A program made the position numbers and the translations under genes. The notes below the pieces were generated by a model that saw nothing but the letters and a program-made list of their open reading frames with translations, searched no databases and was not told the DNA's origin. Positions 29,162-38,081 of a stretch of DNA of 64,000 nt are shown piece by piece (within the stretch, counting starts at the first letter, position 1; each line of letters starts with the position of its first letter). The DNA lies in contig JAVVGL010000007.1 of NCBI GenBank assembly GCA_032249135.1, forward strand, positions 17,407 to 81,406. The letters are read 5' to 3'. The DNA comes from Candidatus Calescibacterium sp. (GTDB lineage Bacteria > Calescibacteriota > Calescibacteriia > Calescibacteriales > Calescibacteriaceae).

Positions 29162-30706
29162 TTATCCCACTCTTATTGCAACGAATATCGTTCTACCTTC
29201 TCTATTTATCAAGAATAAAGCTGATTTTTGGTCTTTGAGAATATTAGCTATTTCTGATGAGTTTTTAACTTGCTTTCTGTTGACTTCAACGATTATGTCT
29301 CCCGGCATTATTCCTGCCATTTGAGCTGGCGAACCCGGCTCAACTGAAACGACTTTCGGACCATCAGGAGAATCTTGGATTGTAAGTCCAAATTGCTTCA
29401 ATTCTACTCCCTGTTCTGGAGTCCGCCGTTGTTCAGGGGGCTGCTGCCGAGCGACCTCTTGTTCTTCTGGCATCTTTGCAAGAACAACCTCAACTTCAAG
29501 CTCCTTCCCATCTCTTATAATCTTCAATTTTGCCTTCTTGTTCACCGGACTTAAAGAAACCATAATTGGTAATTGCCTCCAACTTTCAACTTTTTTCCCG
29601 TCAAACTCAATAATTACATCTCCTCTTTTTATCCCGGCCTTATCTGCGGGGGAACCCGGAACAACATCTGAAACCAGAGCACCTTTTGCTTCTTTGAGAC
29701 CAAGCTGTTTTGCTATTTCAGGGGTCACCTCTTGAATATATACTCCAATCCAAGCTCTTTCAACTTTACCTTTTGCAATAAGTGTTGGAACAATATCTTT
29801 TGCAAGTGAGGAAGGAATCGCAAAACCTATTCCGGCATTTACAGACATACCAGATGGGTTAAGTATAGCGGTGTTTATTCCGACAACCTCTCCCTTTATA
29901 TTTATAAGAGGTCCCCCGGAATTTCCCGGGTTTATAGCTGCATCTGTTTGGATGAAGTCTTCATATCTTGTTATCCCCAAGCTTCTGCCTTTTGCAGAGA
30001 CAACTCCAACAGTTACGGTGTGCCCAAGTCCAAACGGATTTCCGATAGCTATAACCCAATCTCCTACCCTGAGTTCGTTTGAATCACCAAATTTCAGGTA
30101 TGGCAGGTCGGTAGCATCTATTTTTAAAACTGCTATATCTGTTGCATCATCTATGCCAACTATTTTTGCTTTGAAGGTTCTACCATCCCACAATGTGACA
30201 TTTATATCAGTAGCACCACGCACAACATGAGAGTTTGTGACTATGTATCCATCGGGAGATATCAGAAAACCTGATCCGAGACTTCTGGTTGGAATACGCC
30301 TTTGCGGTTCACCAAAAAACCTCCTGAAAAACTCTTCCCCGGGTCCTCCGGGACCTGGTCCAAAAAACCACCAGAAAGGATTTGGTTGTTCTTCAACCCT
30401 TGTAGTACTTATATTTACAACTCCCTTGCTTACTTTTTCAACTATTTCAGCAAATGAAGGTAAAGCTCCAAATTTTGAAGGTATAACTTCTTCTTTCCCC
30501 TTTCCTTGTTCACCCTGTTCTGTTTTCTGCTCAACATCTTCTTTCTTCTCCTCTTTCTTTGCTTTTTCTCCTGAAATTTTTTCTTTGACCTCTTCAATTG
30601 GATTACCTATTTCAATTTTCCCTATGGTTCCTGATTCTATCCCTTTTGCCAAAAGATATACGAAACCACCGACTAAAATTATTCCTAAAATACTACGCCA
30701 ATTCAT
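29162..30706 (-). CDS. degP: Periplasmic serine protease Do (HtrA/DegP/DegQ) with two PDZ domains
   Basis: TNSHVV, TDIAVLKI, QTDAAINPGNSGGPL and two PDZ domains. SD AAGGAGGT. Confidence 0.92.
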   Translation of the reverse strand: MNWRSILGIILVGGFVYLLAKGIESGTIGKIEIGNPIEEVKEKISGEKAKKEEKKEDVEQKTEQGEQGKGKEEVIPSKFGALPSFAEIVEKVSKGVVNISTTRVEEQPNPFWWFFGPGPGGPGEEFFRRFFGEPQRRIPTRSLGSGFLISPDGYIVTNSHVVRGATDINVTLWDGRTFKAKIVGIDDATDIAVLKIDATDLPYLKFGDSNELRVGDWVIAIGNPFGLGHTVTVGVVSAKGRSLGITRYEDFIQTDAAINPGNSGGPLINIKGEVVGINTAILNPSGMSVNAGIGFAIPSSLAKDIVPTLIAKGKVERAWIGVYIQEVTPEIAKQLGLKEAKGALVSDVVPGSPADKAGIKRGDVIIEFDGKKVESWRQLPIMVSLSPVNKKAKLKIIRDGKELEVEVVLAKMPEEQEVARQQPPEQRRTPEQGVELKQFGLTIQDSPDGPKVVSVEPGSPAQMAGIMPGDIIVEVNRKQVKNSSEIANILKDQKSALFLINREGRTIFVAIRVG

Positions 30707-30807
30707 AAATCAAAATACCTCCTTTAAAAAATAAAGATAATCACTTTTCCCGACAATTTTATATTTTCTGGAAATCAAAAATTCACCCCTTTATTTTTCC
30801 TTTTTTT

Positions 30808-31830
30808 CTATTTCTTTATTATTTTTCTTTTTTCTATTTCTTTCTGTATTCCTGATTTGAGCTTTCCCTGGATTACAAGCTTTATAAGATGACGCCAACC
30901 AAAAATGAGAGGAAGTTTTCTATCCAAATCTGATACCTGAATATCTTCGCCTGATTTCTTAGCTTTTCTTTCAAGATACTCCCTGTACCCTTTGAAAGTT
31001 ATTAGTCCCTTTGGCCATCTCATAACTCCTCTTCTTGCGGAGGTTTTCAAAAATTTCACAACTTCCTGGAATGAAGGAATTGGATCGCCAATTACAACCC
31101 ATTCTTTTTGCATAAAGTCTTCTGAAAAGTTCAGTTCAGTAATTACTCCTTCATTTTCCGCAAGATAATAGGAGAAAAGTAGTTTATATATTGTAAGATA
31201 AAAATCTTGAAAAGGTGCGTAGAGTTTATCTAATTTTTGAGGGTCTTCAATTCTGACTTCACCTTTGTAGCTCAAAGATAAAATTTCTTTCACAAGCTCC
31301 TCAAATGAAAATTTTTCCCTATCAATCAAAAGGGGTATAGTGTAGCACAAGCAAAAGTAGAATGATTCAACAAAAAGGTCAAGCAGTATATTTTTTACAA
31401 AATTATTTTTGTAATACATAAGGTATAAGCGCTTTGAAAATCTACCAACAACATAAATTTCAGGAGGATTAAGGATGTAATTTTTCAGATCCTGCAAAGA
31501 TATTATATTGTATTTTGCTCCTCTTCTTTCCCCATCTACCTCAACATCTGCAAGATATACGGAAGGGGGCAAGATTCTATTGAGCACAACATGAATAAAA
31601 GATGAATGAACTTTCTCATAAGCATCAACGACAATATAAAAATCATAAAGAGAATCGGGGTTGCCGGGCTCAAACAGTTTTGATCCATACAGTATAATTG
31701 CGAGTAAAGAGTCTGAAAATCTGTTTTTAAAAAAATCAAAGAATGCAGGCAAAAACTTATCTTCGTATGGAAAAAAAGAAAACTCTTTCTCTATAATCTC
31801 TCTTGCTTGCTCCTTTACGCTAATATCCAT
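30808..31830 (-). CDS. Tam41/Mmp37-like phosphatidate cytidylyltransferase (nucleotidyltransferase fold)
   Basis: LYGS, YDFYIVVD, KYNIIS, YVVGRFSK and FSFEEL..EILSLSYKGEVR.ED..K occur in the same order as the Tam41 motifs. Confidence 0.72.
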   Translation of the reverse strand: MDISVKEQAREIIEKEFSFFPYEDKFLPAFFDFFKNRFSDSLLAIILYGSKLFEPGNPDSLYDFYIVVDAYEKVHSSFIHVVLNRILPPSVYLADVEVDGERRGAKYNIISLQDLKNYILNPPEIYVVGRFSKRLYLMYYKNNFVKNILLDLFVESFYFCLCYTIPLLIDREKFSFEELVKEILSLSYKGEVRIEDPQKLDKLYAPFQDFYLTIYKLLFSYYLAENEGVITELNFSEDFMQKEWVVIGDPIPSFQEVVKFLKTSARRGVMRWPKGLITFKGYREYLERKAKKSGEDIQVSDLDRKLPLIFGWRHLIKLVIQGKLKSGIQKEIEKRKIIKK

Positions 31831-31922
31831 AGCTTTTTATTTTATCTTTATTCTTTTTTTCCCTGAAAATGAAAAATCAAATTGAAAAATGATTAACATA
31901 TTAAGATTTGGAGGTGGATAAG

Positions 31923-34499
31923 ATGCTTGAGAGAGCAGAAAAACAGAAAGCAGAAAAACAGAATTTAGGAAAAAAAAGGGAGCATCAAGATCTTGATTTT
32001 GATTATTCAAAGTATGACTTCAAGATGCCCGAAATATATGAGTTCAAAACAAAAAAAGGGCTTGATGAACAGGTAATAAAGCAAATATCATATATCAAAG
32101 GTGAGCCAGAGTGGATGCTAAATTTCAGACTCAAAGCATATGAAATCTTCAAAAAAAAACCATTGCCAACATGGGGTCCGGACCTATCTGAAATAAACTT
32201 TGATGAATATTACTACTACATAAAACCAACGGATAAAAAAGGACATTCATGGGATGAAGTTCCAGATTATATAAAAGAAACTTTTGAAAGGCTTGGAATA
32301 CCTGAGGCTGAAAGAAAATTCCTTGCAGGAGTTGGAGCGATGTATGAAAGCGAAGTCGTATATCACAAAATAAGAGAAGACCTTGCAAAAAAAGGAGTAA
32401 TATTCGTTGATACAGACACAGCCGTCAAAGAATATCCAGATCTCGTAAAAGAATATTTTGGAAAAGTTATACCACCAACAGATAATAAATTTGCTGCTCT
32501 GAACTCGGCTGTGTGGTCAGGGGGGTCCTTCATTTATGTGCCACCCGGAGTGAAAGTAGATTTACCTCTGCAAGCTTATTTCAGAATAAACGCTCAAAAT
32601 GTCGGACAGTTCGAGAGAACCCTTATTATAGCAGATGAAGGAAGTGAGGTTGTCTATGTTGAAGGATGTTTTACCAAAGGTACTATGATAAATGCTAATC
32701 CCGACTTTAAACCAATTGAAAAAATTAAACCTGGTGATAAAGTTCTAACGCATAAAGGTGAATACAAACAAGTTTGGTTTACACAAGTGAGACCATATAC
32801 TGGTTATCTATATAAGATAAAAGTTTATGGAAATTCATGTGAAGAAATTAATGTAACAGAGGAACACCCCTTTCTATGCGTGAGAAGAGAAAGAAAAAAC
32901 GAGAAAAATAGAAAATGGAATTTAGAATGGGTAAAAGCAAAGGATTTAAAAAAGGGCGATTATGTTGTAACTCCTATTAACAAAGTTATAAATAGTAAAG
33001 ATAGTTATGATGTTGAGATAGTTTTTAGAGGGAAAAAAGTAAGAAAAACAATACCTTTAACAAAGGAATTTTTCAGATTGGTCGGTTACTATCTTGCAGA
33101 AGGAAGTATTAGCAAAAAATATTATTTAAACTTTTCATTTGGACTACATGAGAGGGAATTAGTAGAAGATGTAAAAAACATAATTAAAAAAGTCTTTGGT
33201 ATAGAAAAATTTTATGAAGTAATAGACAATAAAAAACATGGTATATCGCTGAGAATAGCTTCTGCTGAATTATGTAGAATATTTGAATTATTTGGTACTA
33301 AATGTGATGAGAAAAAAATACCCTCATGGCTAATGTTAGAATCTCCAGAAAAACAGAAAGAATTGATAATCGGATTATTTAGGGGAGGTGGGAATTATTA
33401 TAAAAAGGTTACAAAAAGTGGATATCTCAAAGAAGTTTTTAGAATAAATACAACATCTTTCACGTTAGCAAAGCAAGTACGTGAAATCTTGCTAAGACTT
33501 GGTATAGCTTCCTTTATTAATTCAAGAAACAGAGAGAAGGAAGAAAGGAAAACAATATATACAATAGGAATTACTGGCTGGTTTATTAAACCATTTGGCG
33601 ATCTTGTCGGAATTAAAGTTGAAACAGAAATTAATGGTAAAAAAAGAGCCTCAATGTTTCACTTAGATGAAAATTACTTGTACTCACCAGTAAGAAGCAT
33701 AAAAAAAGAATTTGTTAAAAATATAGAAGTTTATAATTTTGGTGTTTTAGATGATGAGAGTTATGTTGCTAATGGTGTGGCTGTCCATAATTGCTCCGCC
33801 CCAGTATACTCAAAAGATTCGCTCCATGCAGCTGTTGTTGAAATAGTAGCAAAACCCGGCGCACGAGTTCAATATATAACGATACAAAACTGGTCAAAAA
33901 ATGTCTATAACCTCGTGACAAAAAGAGCAGTAGCGTACGAGGATGCAGAAGTAATATGGATAGATGGAAACATAGGTTCCCATGTTACTATGAAGTATCC
34001 CGCTATATATCTTATGGGTAAAGGTGCAAGGGGACAAATTATCTCGGTAGCTTATGCAGGAAAAAATCAAATTCAAGATACAGGTGCAAAAGTCATTCAC
34101 GCCGCACCATATACAAAGTCTGTAATAACATCAAAATCCGTATCAAAATTTGGTGGAATAACAACTTACAGAGGTCTTGTAAAAGTTGTACAAGGTGCTC
34201 ACGACTCAACAGTATCTGTAACATGCGATGCCCTCATTTTAGATGAGATCTCAAAATCAAACACAATTCCAACTATGGAAATATTAGAAGATGATGTCAC
34301 AATATCTCATGAAGCATCAGTAGGTAGAATTTCAGAAGACGTAATTTTCTATCTATCTTCACGAGGGTTGAAAGAGTCCGAAGCTCTTGCGATGATTGTC
34401 AGAGGCTTTATGGAACCGTTTGTAAAATCACTACCTATGGAATATGCTGTTGAAATGAATAGATTACTTGAACTTGAAATGGAAGGAGCAGTAGGGTAA
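31923..34499 (+). CDS. sufB: Fe-S cluster assembly protein SufB, intein-containing precursor
   Basis: WDEVPDYIKETFERLGIPEAERK, FAALNSAVWSGGSFIYVP, GQFERTLI, HAAVVEI, TMKYP, SHEASVG. SD GGAGGTG precedes ATG 31923. Confidence 0.97.
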   Translation: MLERAEKQKAEKQNLGKKREHQDLDFDYSKYDFKMPEIYEFKTKKGLDEQVIKQISYIKGEPEWMLNFRLKAYEIFKKKPLPTWGPDLSEINFDEYYYYIKPTDKKGHSWDEVPDYIKETFERLGIPEAERKFLAGVGAMYESEVVYHKIREDLAKKGVIFVDTDTAVKEYPDLVKEYFGKVIPPTDNKFAALNSAVWSGGSFIYVPPGVKVDLPLQAYFRINAQNVGQFERTLIIADEGSEVVYVEGCFTKGTMINANPDFKPIEKIKPGDKVLTHKGEYKQVWFTQVRPYTGYLYKIKVYGNSCEEINVTEEHPFLCVRRERKNEKNRKWNLEWVKAKDLKKGDYVVTPINKVINSKDSYDVEIVFRGKKVRKTIPLTKEFFRLVGYYLAEGSISKKYYLNFSFGLHERELVEDVKNIIKKVFGIEKFYEVIDNKKHGISLRIASAELCRIFELFGTKCDEKKIPSWLMLESPEKQKELIIGLFRGGGNYYKKVTKSGYLKEVFRINTTSFTLAKQVREILLRLGIASFINSRNREKEERKTIYTIGITGWFIKPFGDLVGIKVETEINGKKRASMFHLDENYLYSPVRSIKKEFVKNIEVYNFGVLDDESYVANGVAVHNCSAPVYSKDSLHAAVVEIVAKPGARVQYITIQNWSKNVYNLVTKRAVAYEDAEVIWIDGNIGSHVTMKYPAIYLMGKGARGQIISVAYAGKNQIQDTGAKVIHAAPYTKSVITSKSVSKFGGITTYRGLVKVVQGAHDSTVSVTCDALILDEISKSNTIPTMEILEDDVTISHEASVGRISEDVIFYLSSRGLKESEALAMIVRGFMEPFVKSLPMEYAVEMNRLLELEMEGAVG
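32667..33791 (+). mobile_element. Intein (375 aa) with LAGLIDADG homing-endonuclease domain in SufB
   Basis: YVEG|CFTKGT...TEEHPF (block B)...LVGYYLAEGS...VYNFGV...YVANGVAVHN|CSAP. Removing it restores the conserved YVEGCSAP. Confidence 0.95.
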
Positions 34500-34515
34500 T
34501 TTATTTACAGGATAA

Positions 34516-35685
34516 TCACCTTTTTAAGCTTGATAATCCCTCTTTTATTCTCTTTATACCTTCTTTTATTTTTTCTTCCGAAAGGGCAAAGGATAATCTT
34601 ATAAATCCTTCAGCTCCAAAACCACTTCCCGGAATGACTAAAACTTTGTAATTTTCAAGAAGAAAATCGCTGAGCTCATCCGTTGTTTTAACTTTATCTC
34701 CTAAAAACTCAGAAACATCTGGGAATATGTAAAAAGCTCCGCGAGGTTTTACACACTTTATACCAAGCTCGCATAACAAGTTAAAAATAAGGTCTCTCCT
34801 TTGTTTGAATTTTTCCGTAGTTTCTTTGACAAAATTTTGAGTTTCTTCTTCAAGCGCCCCCAAAGATGCATACTGAGATATTGTAGTAGGGTTAGATGTA
34901 GTCTGACTTTGAACTTTTCTCATCGCAGAAATAATTTTCTCCGGACCAAGAGCAAAACCTATTCTCCACCCCGTCATAGAATAAGTTTTTGACATTCCCC
35001 ATATCACAAGAGTTTTCTCTTTTAAAAACCGAGCAAAACTTTCAAAAACCCCATCATAAACCAAGGTTCCGTATATCTCATCTGAAATCACAAAAACATC
35101 TTTTTTAGAAACGATTTTAGCTATCTCTTTGAAAACATCTGGACTTGCTACCGCTCCCGTAGGATTGCAAGGGAAATTCAAGATCAAAACTTTTGTTCTT
35201 GAGGAAATAGCATTTGCAATATCATCTGGATTCGGTTCAAAATTATTTTCTGGCTTTGTTTCAACAAATTTTGGAATTCCGCCCACCATTTTTACCATAT
35301 CAGGATACGATACCCAATAAGGAGAAAGTATTATAACCTCGTCTCCTTCATCAACGAGAGAAAATAAAGCTTCATATATTGCCATTTTTGCCCCCGGAGT
35401 TACTATTATTTCTTTTGTATCGTATTTTACTCCGAAAAAATCTTCAAATCTTTTTGCAACTGCTTTTTTGAGCTCTGGGATACCATCAACAGCAGTATAC
35501 TTTGTTTTACCCTGGTCTATTGCTCTCTTCCCCCATTCACAAGCCTCATCAGGAGATGGAAAATCAGGTTCACCTGCTCCGAAAGATATTATATCTTCTC
35601 CTTTTGATATTAATTCTTTTGCCTTCGCATCCAAAGATAGTGTTGGTGATGGTTTGATCTCTTTTACTCTCTTTGACAACTCCAT
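34516..35685 (-). CDS. aspC: PLP-dependent aminotransferase class I/II (aspartate aminotransferase-like)
   Basis: AGEPDF, KYTAVDGIPEL, PCNPTG, SDEIY, SKTYSMTGWRIG. Confidence 0.88.
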   Translation of the reverse strand: MELSKRVKEIKPSPTLSLDAKAKELISKGEDIISFGAGEPDFPSPDEACEWGKRAIDQGKTKYTAVDGIPELKKAVAKRFEDFFGVKYDTKEIIVTPGAKMAIYEALFSLVDEGDEVIILSPYWVSYPDMVKMVGGIPKFVETKPENNFEPNPDDIANAISSRTKVLILNFPCNPTGAVASPDVFKEIAKIVSKKDVFVISDEIYGTLVYDGVFESFARFLKEKTLVIWGMSKTYSMTGWRIGFALGPEKIISAMRKVQSQTTSNPTTISQYASLGALEEETQNFVKETTEKFKQRRDLIFNLLCELGIKCVKPRGAFYIFPDVSEFLGDKVKTTDELSDFLLENYKVLVIPGSGFGAEGFIRLSFALSEEKIKEGIKRIKEGLSSLKR

Positions 35686-35787
35686 AAATCCAAATTTTTA
35701 AAGAAAGTTTTTTTCTTTAAATTTTTCTCTGAATTTTAGGTTTCTTTTCTTTTGGATTTTAATTTTGTCTTCCTTCTTTTTTGAATT

Positions 35788-36177
35788 TTAGGTTTCTAGT
35801 TCAGTTTTCAAAGATAGAACTAATTTTTTTATCTGATCTCTTATTTTTCTCAAAAATTCAATATCCGACGAAGCTGGATCCTCAATATCAAAAAACATGA
35901 CTTTTTTCCCTTCGGGAGCAAAAAAGATCATGCGAGATAGTATAACTATGATATCGTAATCTTTGAGTTTCTGAATGTCAATAGGTTTAGAAAAAAGTCC
36001 GTCTACCTCTACCCCGTCTTCTTTGAGAACATCTACCACCTCCGAAGGTATGTATCCGAGAGGTCTTACTCCTGCACTTTCTACTTCTGCATCAAGGAAT
36101 TTCCTTGCGTAAGCTTCTGCAATTATGCTCCTATATGCATTCCCCACACAAACAAAAAGAATTTTTTTCCTTTTCAT
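35788..36177 (-). CDS. LMW phosphatase / arsenate reductase family protein
   Basis: P-loop CVGNAYRS, SAG and IEDP. The protein has only one Cys. Alternative TTG start at 36192. Confidence 0.8.
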   Translation of the reverse strand: MKRKKILFVCVGNAYRSIIAEAYARKFLDAEVESAGVRPLGYIPSEVVDVLKEDGVEVDGLFSKPIDIQKLKDYDIIVILSRMIFFAPEGKKVMFFDIEDPASSDIEFLRKIRDQIKKLVLSLKTELET

Positions 36178-36272
36178 CTTATCAAAACGCAAATTTCAAA
36201 TTATCAGAAAAACCAAAGATAAGACAATAGATCTTAAATTACTAATTTACATAATGAGGAGGTAAATTTTAA

Positions 36273-37289
36273 GTGAGAGTCTGGAAATTATTATTTTTTC
36301 CGACCTTATTTTCAATTTTTCAGTTATTTCTTGATCTTTCAAAAGTTTTTGCGAACACAAAATTCAGATGTGCGTCAATAGCTCCACCGGGGAGTTTGTT
36401 TGAGAAAATTCTTCAAGATGGAGCTCAAAAAATAAAAGAAAGAACAGGCGTAGAAGTTATTATGTTCTCGGGAAGTATAGTCGGAGATGAGATAGATATA
36501 GCAAGAGATCTGAAAAACGGAAAATATGATTGTGCAATTCTCACGGTAAACGGTCTTGGCTTTATATCCTCATATTTCAGAGTACTAGATTTACCATTTA
36601 TGATAAAAAACGAAAAGGAATCAGATCTCGTAAGGAGGAAACTACTAAAAGCTTTTAGAGAACTGATAAAATCAGATGGGTATGTGTTGGCAGGGATTGC
36701 AGAAATAGGATTTGGACAATTTTTCTCAAAATATCCTATGCAAAGTCTCAAAGATTTTGCGGGCAAAAGTTTTTGGGTATGGAAGATTCACAAAATCTAC
36801 GAAGAAATATATACCAGAGTGCTAAAAAATCTTGGTGCAAAATCAGTAGAAACACCAACAATATGGGATGTAGAGAAATTCGGAGATAAAATTGATATAC
36901 TCATCGCAACGCCATATGTAATTTTAGCTTTTGGTTGGACCAGGTTTACAAAATATATTGTTGAACCAAATATCCTCTACCTCCCAGCAGGCATTATAAT
37001 AAAAAAAGATAAATTTGACTCTTTACCACAAGAAGTTCAAAATGAGATAGAAAGAATAGTTGAAGCCTTGGCAGAAGAAGCTACTTTGAAAATAAGAAAA
37101 GAAAACGAAAAAGCAAAGAAATTCCTGGTGAATAAATTAGGTTTTCAAATCACAACTATCAAAGATGCGGAAGAATTAGAGAAACTTTTCAGAGATAACA
37201 TGTGGCCAGTTTTCAAAGAAAAGTATATCCCATCCTGGTTCTTTATTTCTGTTATGACCGAAATCTTAAAGTTGAGAACAGGTCAGTAA
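36273..37289 (+). CDS. TRAP transporter solute-binding protein DctP family
   Basis: Signal peptide, ASIAPPGS, G..VGDE, VLDLPF and P..SLKDF.G. SD GAGGAGGT precedes GTG. Confidence 0.8.
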   Translation: MRVWKLLFFPTLFSIFQLFLDLSKVFANTKFRCASIAPPGSLFEKILQDGAQKIKERTGVEVIMFSGSIVGDEIDIARDLKNGKYDCAILTVNGLGFISSYFRVLDLPFMIKNEKESDLVRRKLLKAFRELIKSDGYVLAGIAEIGFGQFFSKYPMQSLKDFAGKSFWVWKIHKIYEEIYTRVLKNLGAKSVETPTIWDVEKFGDKIDILIATPYVILAFGWTRFTKYIVEPNILYLPAGIIIKKDKFDSLPQEVQNEIERIVEALAEEATLKIRKENEKAKKFLVNKLGFQITTIKDAEELEKLFRDNMWPVFKEKYIPSWFFISVMTEILKLRTGQ

Positions 37290-37377
37290 AAAAAAATAAA
37301 TAAAATAATAAGATAAAACGACAAAATTTTTAATTTCAGATTTTGAAAATGAATTTTTATTTTATAAAATTTCAAAT

Positions 37378-38076
37378 ATGGAGTTAGATTTGATGAATAT
37401 AGAGGGGGTAAAGCTCATAAATAACATCCCGTACGCGGTCGGCGCAGATGGTATACAGAAAGTATTTGAAGCTTTTGGTATAAAAAAGAGCAAAAAAGCA
37501 GCATATAAATTCATAGCAAAAGCTATATGGAAAAAGAGAATCGTTGAAAACGGAAAAAGCAAAATAGCAGTCCCCATAACAGAAATACAAAGGTGGATAA
37601 AGAAAAATTATCCTATTGTATGGCAGAGCTCAAAAGAAAAAAGTGAAGATGAAAAAGAAATAATATCCAAAAACTTTGAACTTATAGAAAGCGTAGAGAA
37701 AATAATAGACGATATAAAAGAAAAAATCGATGTAATAGATGATAACAGAGAAGGAGATACGAAAGAGGAAATAGAAATAAAGGAAGACAAAATCACCCAG
37801 GAAGACAGAATATGGGCAACGGTTGGTGAGAAAGAAAAAAAGGAAGAAATAATAGAAGGATTGAAAATGAGAAATCAAAAACAAGACGATAGAAGTCAGG
37901 ATAATAAGAATCAAGTGCTATCGGAAATCGGAGATACAATTATAAACTTATTCCTTACAACCCCTCCTTCTCACTTCAAAACAGAAAAGCTTGAAGAATT
38001 CAAACAAAAACTCATATTCGTATTAGATTTTATAGAAAACATAAATAAGCTCAAAAAACACAACAAAAAAGAATAG
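37378..38076 (+). CDS. Hypothetical protein (basic N-terminal domain, acidic linker)
   Basis: 232-aa ORF filling the gap, preceded by TTGAAA-N16-TAAAAT-N7-ATG. Confidence 0.65.
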   Translation: MELDLMNIEGVKLINNIPYAVGADGIQKVFEAFGIKKSKKAAYKFIAKAIWKKRIVENGKSKIAVPITEIQRWIKKNYPIVWQSSKEKSEDEKEIISKNFELIESVEKIIDDIKEKIDVIDDNREGDTKEEIEIKEDKITQEDRIWATVGEKEKKEEIIEGLKMRNQKQDDRSQDNKNQVLSEIGDTIINLFLTTPPSHFKTEKLEEFKQKLIFVLDFIENINKLKKHNKKE

Positions 38077-38081
38077 ATTCC

